54,970 nt of DNA from Gammaproteobacteria bacterium. Its GTDB lineage: Bacteria; Pseudomonadota; Gammaproteobacteria; UBA4575. A program made the translations under genes and the position numbers. The notes below the pieces were generated by a model. That model made no database searches and was not told where the DNA came from. It saw nothing but the letters and a program-made list of their open reading frames with translations. The stretch is from assembly GCA_026710875.1 (NCBI GenBank), contig JAPOQE010000163.1, forward strand, positions 1 through 54,970, in the 5' to 3' direction. Positions 20,011-29,992 of this stretch are shown here, piece after piece. How positions within the stretch are numbered: the first letter of the stretch is position 1; each line of letters begins with the position of its first letter.

Positions 20011-20499
20011 TCAGGGGGTTTTGAAGCGACCTTGCAGGGCAGAAATGCGTTCTTTCATTTCCCCCTTCTGCAGTTTTTCAGCGGTCCCTTGAGTCAGGGA
20101 GTGTACTTCGATGGAATCAGCATCGACATTCAATGTGTACGTACCGGGTGTCAGAGTGATGCAGTTTGCATAAGTCGTCTTGGCCACGTCGTTGAGTATT
20201 TTTGTAGACACGGTGCTTTTTACGGGTGAGATGACCAGCTTGGGATGCAGTATTCTCCAGCTGACATCCAGATTGGAGCGAATCACTTCCAAAAAAAACC
20301 AGGGTAGGAATCTGGGCAGGTTGAAGCTGAAATAGAGTGTCTTGAAGTCCGGGTCGGGGAGCGCAAGTCTGTGAAAAAGCCAAGCCACCAAAAGGCAGCT
20401 CGCCGCACCCAGAGATAGCGATAAAACAGTCATGTGACCGGACAACAATACCCACAGGATGAGTAACAGGGATGCCGCTATTAATATACGTATCAGCAT
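20011..20499 (-). CDS. mrpE: Mrp/Mnh antiporter subunit E
   Basis: 162 aa with two N-terminal TM segments ('LLLILWVLLSG') and a soluble C-terminal part. First gene of the E-F-G-B-B-C-D-D-x-D cluster. Confidence 0.8.
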   Translation of the reverse strand: MLIRILIAASLLLILWVLLSGHMTVLSLSLGAASCLLVAWLFHRLALPDPDFKTLYFSFNLPRFLPWFFLEVIRSNLDVSWRILHPKLVISPVKSTVSTKILNDVAKTTYANCITLTPGTYTLNVDADSIEVHSLTQGTAEKLQKGEMKERISALQGRFKTP

Positions 20500-20576
20500 G
20501 GCTTGCAGCCGGACGTTCGACTATTCATGGTGCAGAATACTTGCGACAAAGACGAGGTTCAAGCAAGTGATCATTC

Positions 20577-21767
20577 TCATGTGATCCGGGTGGCCAGATC
20601 CATTCCTTTTTTTATGTATTGGTGTGCAGATTCGGTTTCATCGAGCTGCTCACATAAGGCAGCGATCTCTCCATACGTCTCCACCCGGGGTTCTGACTCC
20701 AGACTCAATTCGAGATAGTTTTTTGCCTTGCCCCAAAGTTCCGCTTGCTTGCACAGCCGACCCAGCGTTAGATACAAACCCGCATCCTGCCCGTACTCGG
20801 TCATCCATTGCTCTGCCTGATGCAGCGCAGGGATTGTATCAGGATGCTCCAGCAGGCCGTACTGCCGAACCAGATCCACACTCCAGTGACGGCTCAGTAG
20901 ATCTATGATCAGGGCTGCTGCTGCGCCGTGTCGACCCTGTGTGCGAAGGGCCTCGACGTAGCTCACAGAGAGTGCATCATCAGCCACGATCACATGCCGG
21001 AAACGTTTGCCCAGATGCTCGATATCTTCAGCAGTTTCTCCGCGCATGAATGCTGCAAGCAGTCCGCGGACTGCTTTTTCCCGGGTACTTGCAAGTTTCT
21101 CGGGGGCGAATCCGTTGTTTTTTTCAAGGTCCGGGATAAGACTCGCAAGCTGTTGCCAGTCCTCCAGTTGCTCATAGCTGTCTGCAAACAGGCCGGCAAT
21201 TTTCGGATTGCTGCTGATTTGCCCGCTATACGGCTCAATGCTCTCCAGAGCCTGTTTGGGCAAGCCTTGCTGCAGCAGGAATTCAGCTTGCAGTATGTCC
21301 AGTGCAACCTGCTTCCCGGGTAGGGATTTCTTTGCTTGCCCCAGGTACTGGTCTCGCAATTCATAATTCCCGGATTGCTGGGCCGCATTCGCTGCCCACA
21401 TGTAGTTGATGTATTCACTGCGGGTTTCATCTGCACCGCGTATCAGCAGCTTTTCTGCCTGAGTCCAGTCTCCTGCAGCAAACCTGGTCAGCCCCTGGAG
21501 AGTATCCTTGGCGGCCTTGCGCCGTCGGTGCTTGTAGCGGGCGGCCTGGATTCGAAGCGGTGCGTTGAATACAAAACCCAGCATACGCAATACCAGGAAC
21601 AGGCCTGCAACTGCAATACATGCCCCGATGAAAAACCGGACCAACGGCAATTCGATCATGACATCACCATAGGTGAAAACAGCGAGTCCTGGTGCTTGCA
21701 TGAGGTACAGTGTGATGCCTGCAAGGAGGCTCAGAAAGAATACGAGAAGCAGCAATGTACGCAGCAT
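20577..21767 (-). CDS. hemY: HemY (TPR membrane protein of the hem operon)
   Basis: Two N-terminal TM segments followed by TPR-like repeats. Position after hemX in hemCDXY. Confidence 0.85.
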   Translation of the reverse strand: MLRTLLLLVFFLSLLAGITLYLMQAPGLAVFTYGDVMIELPLVRFFIGACIAVAGLFLVLRMLGFVFNAPLRIQAARYKHRRRKAAKDTLQGLTRFAAGDWTQAEKLLIRGADETRSEYINYMWAANAAQQSGNYELRDQYLGQAKKSLPGKQVALDILQAEFLLQQGLPKQALESIEPYSGQISSNPKIAGLFADSYEQLEDWQQLASLIPDLEKNNGFAPEKLASTREKAVRGLLAAFMRGETAEDIEHLGKRFRHVIVADDALSVSYVEALRTQGRHGAAAALIIDLLSRHWSVDLVRQYGLLEHPDTIPALHQAEQWMTEYGQDAGLYLTLGRLCKQAELWGKAKNYLELSLESEPRVETYGEIAALCEQLDETESAHQYIKKGMDLATRIT

Positions 21768-22853
21768 TCAGCGACTCTCCATTTTTTCCAGTAGTTCTGC
21801 CAGAAGCATGCCTGGCTCACTGATATCGGGCAGCTCAGGCTTGAGGTTGACAGAATTCAGATCTTCGAGTTCATTGGCCAGATGGCCCAAGCCAGTCAGG
21901 TGGGTGGATTTTTCAAGCCAGGCCATGGCGGCTTCAAGCTCTTGGTGATAGCTTTGGTCATCCCGGTTCGCCAGGGCATACTGAGCACTGAGCAATCGGG
22001 CACGCAGAAATTCATGGACCAACTCTTTATCCTGGCCGTTGACGAGCATGCTTGATGGCTGTTCTTTTCGGGTAATCTTGATTGAGTCATCGATAAACAC
22101 CTTTACCTGTCCGGCAAGTTTTTGCCAGGGCGTTTGCTTGTTTTCGTTGGAGTCGGTGCTGCTGGATTCGGGCTGAGGTTCCCGAGCAGTCGCGGCACCG
22201 GCAATGTCCTGGCGAAGCCTGGCAAGTGTATTATTGAGTTTCAGGCTGATACCCACCCAGTCAGGAACGGGGGTATTCTCTAGCTTCCCGATCTGTCTGG
22301 AGATAGATTCACGTACAGGTAGAAGGCGTGGATCGTTGAGCGCACGCAGGCGTTTGCTTGCAAGGTTCAGAGCAGTAGTGGTGCCCGCAATATCACGCTC
22401 GATGAGCAGGCGGTGATTGGCCATGTGCAGAACTTGCAATGTTTCACTCAATCCCCATTCCAGCTGGCCTCGATTGATCCGGGCAAGAGATTTTTGCACG
22501 TGCCTGCGGATATTTTCCTGTCGGCCTGCCAGTTCCTTTAGCCCTTCAGAGAGCGTGTTGATCCGCTGGTCAAATGTAGAAACCTGTCCCTGCCAGTTAT
22601 TTTTGAAATCCAGGAAGACTGCGCTGTCATCAATTGTGGCGATATCGTGAGTCAGTGATTGGCGCTGTTCAGCAGCCTCGTCCAGGCGCTTGTTCAAATC
22701 TATCCAGGCATAGTAGGCACCGCTGGCGCCTGCCAGCAGCAAAATAACAGCAAACATCGGAAAGAAGATCCTGGTGTATGATTTTCGACTGTCAGAATTT
22801 TCCTTGGTAGCCGGTCCGGGCTCGGAAGGTGAAGGTGTTTGCTCGGCGTCCAT
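21768..22853 (-). CDS. hemX: HemX (uroporphyrinogen-III C-methyltransferase-annotated membrane protein)
   Basis: Single TM segment after an acidic N-terminus, then a long helical periplasmic region. Position between hemD and hemY. Confidence 0.8.
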   Translation of the reverse strand: MDAEQTPSPSEPGPATKENSDSRKSYTRIFFPMFAVILLLAGASGAYYAWIDLNKRLDEAAEQRQSLTHDIATIDDSAVFLDFKNNWQGQVSTFDQRINTLSEGLKELAGRQENIRRHVQKSLARINRGQLEWGLSETLQVLHMANHRLLIERDIAGTTTALNLASKRLRALNDPRLLPVRESISRQIGKLENTPVPDWVGISLKLNNTLARLRQDIAGAATAREPQPESSSTDSNENKQTPWQKLAGQVKVFIDDSIKITRKEQPSSMLVNGQDKELVHEFLRARLLSAQYALANRDDQSYHQELEAAMAWLEKSTHLTGLGHLANELEDLNSVNLKPELPDISEPGMLLAELLEKMESR

Positions 22854-22872
22854 GGTTTTGCGTGCTGCGCGT

Positions 22873-23646
22873 TCAGCCCGATGTCTGGGCCCAGGTCAGC
22901 AGGGCATCCAGCATGGCAGCATCGCTGGCATCTTTGGCTATTATAGGGCTTTTAACGAAACCGATGGCAGTCGCCGTATCGGCAATACGCTGACTGCCCG
23001 CTATCAGTGCAACCGTGGCGATCCACCTTTGCTCATCACGCGTACACAGGGCCCACAAGTTGTGTGCTGAATCAGCACTGTGAATCAGCACTACCGAGTT
23101 TTTTACGGAATACGTGCAGAGATCCACAGTAGGCCGTGTGGCAGGGCTAAGGCGAAGGTAGACTTCAGCAATGTCTACCCGGGCGCCACGCTCGCGAAGC
23201 CTTTGGACCAGATATTCACGCCCCCCGACACCCCGCACGATCAGTATGTTTTGCCCTTGCAGCCCCTCATGGTCCAGCAGGTCTTCACTGCGAAAGCCCG
23301 TCTTGGGCACAACGTCTGTCAGCAGGCCATACTGTTCCAAAGCCGCTCGGGTCGCCGGACCCAGGGCTGCAATCCGCTGTTTTCCGAAGGTCGTCGATAA
23401 CGACTGGATCAAGCGCATTGCGTGGTGTACAGCATTTACGCTGTTAAAAATGACGGTATCGTACTCAGCCAGGCTTCGAAACAGGTCTGTTGCCGGCTCC
23501 GCATTTTCTACTGCGCGGATTTCAATGGTTGGAAATTGTATGATTTTGACCGGGTATTGCCCCAAACTTGAAAGCAGGTTTTGGGCCTGTGCGACGGGGC
23601 GCGTGACCACCACCGTCTTGTCTGCCAGGGGGGTGCGTGCGGTCAT
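22873..23646 (-). CDS. hemD: Uroporphyrinogen-III synthase
   Basis: 257 aa, HemD-like, immediately downstream of hemC. Contains 'VVVTRP' and 'IFNSVNAV'-type motifs. Confidence 0.85.
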   Translation of the reverse strand: MTARTPLADKTVVVTRPVAQAQNLLSSLGQYPVKIIQFPTIEIRAVENAEPATDLFRSLAEYDTVIFNSVNAVHHAMRLIQSLSTTFGKQRIAALGPATRAALEQYGLLTDVVPKTGFRSEDLLDHEGLQGQNILIVRGVGGREYLVQRLRERGARVDIAEVYLRLSPATRPTVDLCTYSVKNSVVLIHSADSAHNLWALCTRDEQRWIATVALIAGSQRIADTATAIGFVKSPIIAKDASDAAMLDALLTWAQTSG

Positions 23647-23692
23647 GTCTGCTGCCCTTGGATGATTGCAATTTCAGGCATCTCAAACCGGG

Positions 23693-24607
23693 TCAGGACA
23701 AGCCTGCCAGTATTTTGTCCGCACCTTGCAATCTGAGGTCGGCTGCAACCTGCTGGCCCAGCTGCACCGGTTCCTTGCTGTGACCCGTGCGTTCACTGCG
23801 ACAAATATGCCTGCCTTCAGGATCACCGACGAGTGCGCGCAGTCTCAACCGTTCATGATCGAGCTCGGCAAATCCTGCAATGGGAAGTTGGCAACCTCCC
23901 AGCAACGTCTGGCTTACGGCACGTTCTGCCAGGACACAGGTTTGGGTTTCCATATGATTGAGCGGGTGAATCAGGGATTCGATTTGCGCATCGTCGCGGC
24001 GGCATTCGATGCCGATGGCGCCTTGTCCGATCGCAGGCACCATCTGGTCTGCTGTCATGCATGCCCGTATCCTTTGCATGAGACCCAGACGCTTCAGGCC
24101 GGCTACCGCGAGTAATATTGCGTCATAGTCTCCCCGGTCAAGTTTGGCAAGCCGTGTACTGACATTGCCACGTAAAAGCTTGATTTCAAGCTTCGGGAAA
24201 GTTGCCTTGACCTGGCAGGCCCTGCGCATGCTCGAGGTTCCAATGATTGCGCCCGCTGGCAATGCCTCAAGTGCTGCATACTGCCTTGAGACCAGGGCAT
24301 CGTATGGATTATCCCGTTTGAGAATGACCGGAAGATGCAGTGCGGGCGGCAGCTCGACCGGCACATCTTTCATGGAATGCACGGCAATATCTGCCTGCCT
24401 CTCCAGTAACCCGTTTTCCAGCTCTTTGACAAAAAGGCCTTTTCCACCCTGTGTCGCCAAGGACTTGTGCAGGAGACGATCTCCTGTGGTGGTCATCTTG
24501 ATCAGTTCCGCAGATAGCCCTGGGTGCTGCAGCTGCAGCAGCCGCGAGACCTCCTCCGCCTGCCAAATGGCGAGGGCGCTATTGCGGGTGGCGATTCTTA
24601 TACGCAC
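23693..24607 (-). CDS. hemC: Hydroxymethylbilane synthase (porphobilinogen deaminase)
   Basis: 'RIATRNSALAIWQAE', 'GGKGLFVKELE', 'AVHSMKDVP' and the cofactor Cys region 'GGCQLPIAG'. Confidence 0.95.
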   Translation of the reverse strand: MRIRIATRNSALAIWQAEEVSRLLQLQHPGLSAELIKMTTTGDRLLHKSLATQGGKGLFVKELENGLLERQADIAVHSMKDVPVELPPALHLPVILKRDNPYDALVSRQYAALEALPAGAIIGTSSMRRACQVKATFPKLEIKLLRGNVSTRLAKLDRGDYDAILLAVAGLKRLGLMQRIRACMTADQMVPAIGQGAIGIECRRDDAQIESLIHPLNHMETQTCVLAERAVSQTLLGGCQLPIAGFAELDHERLRLRALVGDPEGRHICRSERTGHSKEPVQLGQQVAADLRLQGADKILAGLS

Positions 24608-24758
24608 AAAAAATCGTTGATGTTCTAACGTTGCGGTTAGTCAGAGTTCGAGTATCGTGATGTATTTTATGCTGGTTTGGAAGCAAAAAGTTCTTCAGCG
24701 GTTGAGCTTAGGCTGATTTGGGGGATAATCCCTATTTTTATGAGTGGGAACAGCTTGG

Positions 24759-26159
24759 ATGAAGGATAAAAGTACAAAGCCTTGGGGTGGGCGATTTACC
24801 GAGGCAACCGACGAATTTGTCGAGCAGTTCAGTGCGTCCGTAGGATTTGACCAACGAATGTACCGTCAAGACATCCTGGCTTCCCGTGCACACGCCCGCA
24901 TGCTTGCCCGGATCGGCGTGCTGGATGAGCAGGACTGTGACAAGCTGCTGCAGGCCCTTGATACGGTTACGGAAGAGATCGAGTCCGGGTCGTTTCCATG
25001 GAATAGCGCGCTGGAGGATGTGCACATGAACATTGAGTCGCGCCTGGTCGAACTGGCGGGTGAAGCCGGCAAGCGTCTGCATACGGGCCGCTCACGCAAT
25101 GACCAGGTGGCTACGGATGTACGCCTGTACCTGCGTGCTGCAATCGATGAAATTGATCCTCAACTGGAGAAACTGCAACGGGCTGTGATCACGCTGGCCG
25201 AGCAGGAAGTCGATACCATCATGCCCGGATTTACACACCTGCAGGTGGCGCAGGCCATCACCTTCGGACACCACATGCTGGCCTGGTTTGAAATGATCCA
25301 TCGTGATCGCGTACGCCTTGCGCAGTGCCGTGAGAACGTGAACATATCGCCACTGGGAGCTGCCGCCCTTGCAGGCAGCAGCTTTGCCCTGGATCGGGAG
25401 TTTGTTGCCCAGCAGTTGCAGTTTACGGGGCTTTGTGAAAACAGCCTGGATGCGGTGAGTGATCGTGACTTTGCGATTGAGTTCTGTGCATTTGCAGCCA
25501 TCCTGTTCGTACATTTGTCGCGCATTGCAGAAGAGCTCGTGCTATGGACCTCGCCGCAATTCAATTTTGTTGAGTTGCCGGACCGTTTTTGTACAGGGTC
25601 ATCCATCATGCCGCAAAAAAAGAATCCGGATGTGCCCGAACTCGTACGTGGCAAGAGCGCACGCGTGTACGCCAATCTTTTTGCCTTGCTGACGCTCATG
25701 AAAAGCCAGCCGTTGGCCTATAACAAGGACAATCAGGAAGACAAGGAACCTCTTTTCGATAGCATCGATACGGTGAATGATTGCATCGTGGCGTTTGCTG
25801 ACATGCTGCCCCACCTGCAGGTGAATCGATCCCGGTTACTGGCAGCGGCACAGCAGGGCTATGCCACTGCGACCGACCTTGCTGATTACCTGGTGCGGAA
25901 AAAAATACCGTTCAGGGATGCGCATGAATCCGTTGGCAAGATTGTCCAGTACGCGATTACCCAGAGCAAACGACTGGATGAACTCAGTGTGCAGGAGCTG
26001 CAGGAATTCAGCCCGCATGTTCAGAAGGATGTATTCGGGATCCTTTCCGTGCAGGGTTCCGTGGGTTCCAAAAATACCCGTGGTGGCACTTCACCTGAAC
26101 AGGTGGCAGAACAGATCAAGCGTGCACACCAGCGTCTGAAGGCGTTCAAGGCTGGCTGA
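24759..26159 (+). CDS. argH: Argininosuccinate lyase
   Basis: 'KPWGGRF' N-terminus and the fumarate-lyase signature '[12 protein letters not shown]'. The ATG at 24759 is preferred over the GTG at 24744. Confidence 0.95.
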   Translation: MKDKSTKPWGGRFTEATDEFVEQFSASVGFDQRMYRQDILASRAHARMLARIGVLDEQDCDKLLQALDTVTEEIESGSFPWNSALEDVHMNIESRLVELAGEAGKRLHTGRSRNDQVATDVRLYLRAAIDEIDPQLEKLQRAVITLAEQEVDTIMPGFTHLQVAQAITFGHHMLAWFEMIHRDRVRLAQCRENVNISPLGAAALAGSSFALDREFVAQQLQFTGLCENSLDAVSDRDFAIEFCAFAAILFVHLSRIAEELVLWTSPQFNFVELPDRFCTGSSIMPQKKNPDVPELVRGKSARVYANLFALLTLMKSQPLAYNKDNQEDKEPLFDSIDTVNDCIVAFADMLPHLQVNRSRLLAAAQQGYATATDLADYLVRKKIPFRDAHESVGKIVQYAITQSKRLDELSVQELQEFSPHVQKDVFGILSVQGSVGSKNTRGGTSPEQVAEQIKRAHQRLKAFKAG

Positions 26160-26168
26160 CGCATCGCG

Positions 26169-26831
26169 CTATTTCCAGCATTTCAGCAACCAGTCACGAA
26201 TGTCTCTGACTTCTTCCGGAGAAACAGTGTGTGCGCAAGGATAGGATTTCAGGGTGACGGTAAATCCCTGTTGCTCGAGGGTTTCGCGGGTGAACTCGGC
26301 GGCAGAAATGGGAATGGTGACATCGTACATGCCATGCAGCAGCAGGATTGCCAGTGACCGGTCTGTCTTTGTGGCGTAGTCCGGCGCTTTCTGGTGAAGC
26401 GGCAACCAGCAGGAAATTGCAAGAATTCCTGCCAGACGGTAATTGCAGGACAGTCCGGTATACAGGCCTTGTGCACCTCCCTGTGAGAAGCCTGCAAGAA
26501 TAATCCGTTGTGCGGGGATTCCCGATTCCACAAGCTGGTCGATCAACTCGCAGATATCACTGCTGCTTTGCAGCAGGCCGTGTTCATCCTGTGGGCTGTG
26601 CATATCGAGGCCAAAGATGTCATACCAGGCCTGAAGAGACAGGCCGTTGTTCAGAGTAATCGGACGCTTGGGAGCATGCGGGAAAATGAAACGCACGCGC
26701 AGGTTTTCGGGAAGATCGAGTTGTTCGACAATGGGTTCGAAATCGTGCCCGCTTGCACCAAGGCCATGCAACCAGATCACGGCATACTCGGGGTGATCTT
26801 GGGTGTCTACCGTGATCGTGCTCAAGGGCAT
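26169..26831 (-). CDS. Alpha/beta hydrolase, phospholipase/carboxylesterase family
   Basis: 220 aa with 'WLHGLGASGHDF', the nucleophile elbow 'GFSQGG' and C-terminal 'LLLHGMYD...H'. Confidence 0.85.
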   Translation of the reverse strand: MPLSTITVDTQDHPEYAVIWLHGLGASGHDFEPIVEQLDLPENLRVRFIFPHAPKRPITLNNGLSLQAWYDIFGLDMHSPQDEHGLLQSSSDICELIDQLVESGIPAQRIILAGFSQGGAQGLYTGLSCNYRLAGILAISCWLPLHQKAPDYATKTDRSLAILLLHGMYDVTIPISAAEFTRETLEQQGFTVTLKSYPCAHTVSPEEVRDIRDWLLKCWK

Positions 26832-26903
26832 GGCAATGATAGTTTCCTGTCAGTGGAATGGTCTATACAATGATGCCTAGTTTTCACGGGTAGGGGTATA
26901 CCC

Positions 26904-27041
26904 ATGTCGCAATCGAGACTGCTTGTTCTTATTTTGATGCTCTCCTTCCTGACAGCGCTTGCAGGCTGTGGGCAGACCGGCGATCTTTACCTGCCAGAGG
27001 ATACTCCTAAGGAAAAGGCTCAACATCAGTCCTCCAGCTAG
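26904..27041 (+). CDS. lptM: Small lipoprotein LptM (YifL family), 45 aa
   Basis: Absent from the ORF track because it is under 60 aa. Translation: MSQSRLLVLILMLSFLTALAGCGQTGDLYLPEDTPKEKAQHQSSS. Lipobox 'LAGC' followed by the YifL-type 'GQxGxLYLP' motif. Lies immediately upstream of lysA/dapF as in other gammaproteobacteria. Confidence 0.8.
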   Translation: MSQSRLLVLILMLSFLTALAGCGQTGDLYLPEDTPKEKAQHQSSS

Positions 27042-27086
27042 CGTGTACAGCCATTTGAATCAAGGGGCACCGGAGCAATCCACTTC

Positions 27087-28334
27087 ATGAGTCAATTCAC
27101 GTATCGGGACAACCTGCTCTATGCCGAAGAGGTGAGCTGCTCGAAGCTTGCGGATGCCTACGGAACACCCTGTTACGTATACTCGAAGGCGGCCATACAG
27201 CATAGTTACCAGGCCTATGCCAGCGCCCTGCAGCACTGGCCTACGCGAATCTGCTATGCGGTGAAGGCAAACTCCAACTTGGCCATCCTCAGTCTGCTGG
27301 CACAGTTGGGGGCCGGTTTTGATGTTGTCTCGGGCGGTGAGCTGGAGCGCGTCATACGCGCTGGCGGAGATGCTGGAAAAGTTGTTTTTTCCGGAGTGGC
27401 AAAGCGAGCCGATGAGATACGCCGCGCCCTGCTAGCTGGAATCTACTGTTTTAACATTGAGTCCCGCGAAGAGCTTGAGCGTGTGGAGTCCATCGCCAAG
27501 GAAATGGGTATCCCTGCCCGTGTGTCCCTGCGTGTCAACCCGGACGTCAATCCAAGCACGCATCCGTATATCTCTACAGGATTGAAAGAAAATAAATTTG
27601 GCGTGGAGATTGACCAGGCGTGGGAGCTTTATCAAAGAATTGCACAAAGCAGGGACCTGCATGCTGCAGGTATAGACTGCCACATTGGTTCACAACTGCT
27701 TGACTTGGCGCCCTTCCAGGCTTGCTTCGAAAAACTGTTCGAGCTGGTAGATCGCCTGCATGGGTGCGGCATAGCGTTACAACATGTGGATGTTGGAGGT
27801 GGCCTGGGTATTGCGTATACGCACCGGGAGTCTGCCCCGGGACCACAGGAATTTGCAAAGGTATTGGCTCCATTCATGCAGGACAGGCAGCTTGAGTTGA
27901 TCGTCGAACCCGGCCGCGCCCTGGTTGGAGCGGCTGGACTGCTGCTTTGCAGGGTTGAGTACCTGAAACACACCGCACAGAAAAACTTTGCATTGGTGGA
28001 TGCTGCCATGAATGATCTTCTGCGCCCCTCTTTGTATTCTGCATGGCATGGCATCAGTGCAGTATATAAAGAAGCCGGCGATGAGATGTTGTATGACGTG
28101 GTCGGACCGGTCTGTGAAAGCTCGGATTGGCTTGGCAGCCAGCGTAGCCTGTGCATCAAGCAAGGCAGTCTTCTTGCCATCCATGACGTGGGAGCTTACG
28201 GGTTTGTGATGGCAAGCAACTACAATTCCCGCATGCGACCTGCTGAAATTTTGGTGGATGGCGACCAGGCGTGGCTGGTACGCAAACGCGAGAGCATCGA
28301 ACAGTTGTTTGCCGACGAGATCATCCCGGGCTGA
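27087..28334 (+). CDS. lysA: Diaminopimelate decarboxylase
   Basis: PLP-Lys motif 'CYAVKANSN', 'GGGLGI' and 'EPGRALV'. 415 aa. Confidence 0.95.
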   Translation: MSQFTYRDNLLYAEEVSCSKLADAYGTPCYVYSKAAIQHSYQAYASALQHWPTRICYAVKANSNLAILSLLAQLGAGFDVVSGGELERVIRAGGDAGKVVFSGVAKRADEIRRALLAGIYCFNIESREELERVESIAKEMGIPARVSLRVNPDVNPSTHPYISTGLKENKFGVEIDQAWELYQRIAQSRDLHAAGIDCHIGSQLLDLAPFQACFEKLFELVDRLHGCGIALQHVDVGGGLGIAYTHRESAPGPQEFAKVLAPFMQDRQLELIVEPGRALVGAAGLLLCRVEYLKHTAQKNFALVDAAMNDLLRPSLYSAWHGISAVYKEAGDEMLYDVVGPVCESSDWLGSQRSLCIKQGSLLAIHDVGAYGFVMASNYNSRMRPAEILVDGDQAWLVRKRESIEQLFADEIIPG

Positions 28335-29005
28335 TGCAGCGTCTGCCTGAACCTGAACTGATGGATGACGTGGCACAGGTCACGGCGTATGCCCACGCGG
28401 ATTTCGAGGACGCCCACCGTACGATAGTGGCACAGTTTGGCCGCGTTTTCGGGGAGGACGAGAGACCGAACACGTTGCTGGACCTGGGTTGTGGCCCGGC
28501 AGATATATCGATCCGTTTTGCACGGCTCTACCCGGAGTGCAAAATCGATGCCGTAGACGGTGCCCCTGCCATGCTCAGGCAGGCTCAAGTGTTATTGGAG
28601 CAGGCGGCATTGCAGCACCAGGTCACACTGCACTTGCAGAGGTTGCCGGACTGTGAGCTACCTGAGAAAAGTTATGAAGCCATCGTTTCAAATAGCCTAT
28701 TGCATCATCTTCATGATCCACAAGGCCTGTGGTTGACGATCCAAAGATTTGCCACACCCCGTACCGCCATATTTATCTGTGATCTTTGCAGGCCGCAGAC
28801 CGTCGAGCAGGCGCAGCATCTTGTCTCCCGTTATGCTGCACAGGAGCCTGAGATCCTGCGCCACGACTTCTATAATTCACTATTGGCCGCGTTCACCCCG
28901 GATGAAGTGGAGTTCCAACTGGACTCGGCGGGTTTGCAGGGTCTGAAGCTTGAACAAATCAGTGACCGGCACCTGCTTGTGCATGGCCGTTTGCAAGGTC
29001 GATAA
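28334..29005 (+). CDS. Class I SAM-dependent methyltransferase (substrate unknown)
   Basis: The ATG at 28334 overlaps the lysA TGA (TGATG). SAM motif I 'LLDLGCGPADIS', and 'LPEPELMDD' N-terminus as in MidA/UbiE-like small-molecule methyltransferases. Confidence 0.75.
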   Translation: MQRLPEPELMDDVAQVTAYAHADFEDAHRTIVAQFGRVFGEDERPNTLLDLGCGPADISIRFARLYPECKIDAVDGAPAMLRQAQVLLEQAALQHQVTLHLQRLPDCELPEKSYEAIVSNSLLHHLHDPQGLWLTIQRFATPRTAIFICDLCRPQTVEQAQHLVSRYAAQEPEILRHDFYNSLLAAFTPDEVEFQLDSAGLQGLKLEQISDRHLLVHGRLQGR

Positions 29006-29161
29006 ATGGCTGTAAGGGCGATGGTCGCGCTACAAACAATAATCGGGTGCACGATTACTGCCGGAGTAGGGCTCTGGTAAAGTAGGGTCGGCGGCACAGA
29101 TAATTCTTGGATAGAGGCCCTGACATGCACGGGATATCCTGATAAAAACCGGGTTGTTGGC

Positions 29162-29992
29162 ATGCAGTTACAATTTGTGAAAATGCACGGGCTGGGCAAT
29201 GATTTCGTGGTATTCGATGCCATCCATCAGGATGTCCAATTGAGTCGCGAGCAGTTACGCCAGCTGGCGGATCGCAGGCTGGGTGTAGGTTGTGATCAGG
29301 TGCTGGTGGTACGACCCGCATCGGGGCCGGACGCCGACTTTGACTACCAGATCTTCAACAAGGACGGGGAAGAGGTAGAGCAGTGTGGCAACGGGGCGCG
29401 TTGTATTGGCAAGTTCCTCCTGTACAAAAGCCTGACGCAAAAGAGTTCCGTCAGTATTAAGACTGTCAGTGGCATATATCATCTTCATATTCATGACGAT
29501 GATCTTGTCACTGTCGATATGGGCAGGCCCATTTTCGAACCCGATAAGATTCCTTTTTCTGCCACACGGGCCTCCACAAGCTATGTGCTCGAGGTGGATG
29601 AACAACAGATTGAGATCGGCGCCGTTTCGATGGGAAATCCACATGCCGTACTACAAGTGGACAGTATTGAGCATGCGCCGGTGAGTACACTCGGACCCAA
29701 AATTGAAAGCCACCCGATGTTCCCAAAGAAGGCCAATGTCAGTTTTATGCAGATTCTGGATACCCGGAACATTGCATTGCGTGTTTTTGAACGAGGGGTG
29801 GGTGAAACCCGTGCCTGTGGCACAGGCGCATGTGCTGCAGTAGCCATCGGGCAGGCACTCGATCGGCTGGATCCAAAAGTGACTGTCCAGTTACCCGGTG
29901 GCAGCCTGCTGATCGAGTGTGATTATCCAAACCAACCCGTTTTTATGACCGGTCCTGCAACGCTGAGTTTCGAGGGGAGCCTGCGACTATGA
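29162..29992 (+). CDS. dapF: Diaminopimelate epimerase
   Basis: 'KMHGLGNDF' and the catalytic Cys motifs 'CGNGARC' and 'ACGTGACA'. Confidence 0.96.
   Translation: MQLQFVKMHGLGNDFVVFDAIHQDVQLSREQLRQLADRRLGVGCDQVLVVRPASGPDADFDYQIFNKDGEEVEQCGNGARCIGKFLLYKSLTQKSSVSIKTVSGIYHLHIHDDDLVTVDMGRPIFEPDKIPFSATRASTSYVLEVDEQQIEIGAVSMGNPHAVLQVDSIEHAPVSTLGPKIESHPMFPKKANVSFMQILDTRNIALRVFERGVGETRACGTGACAAVAIGQALDRLDPKVTVQLPGGSLLIECDYPNQPVFMTGPATLSFEGSLRL

Noticed and set aside
27777-28376. 199-aa ORF antisense to lysA and the methyltransferase start (also 27632..28180)
   Set aside because: Shadow frames of a well-supported PLP decarboxylase gene. No SD, no motifs and low-complexity composition.
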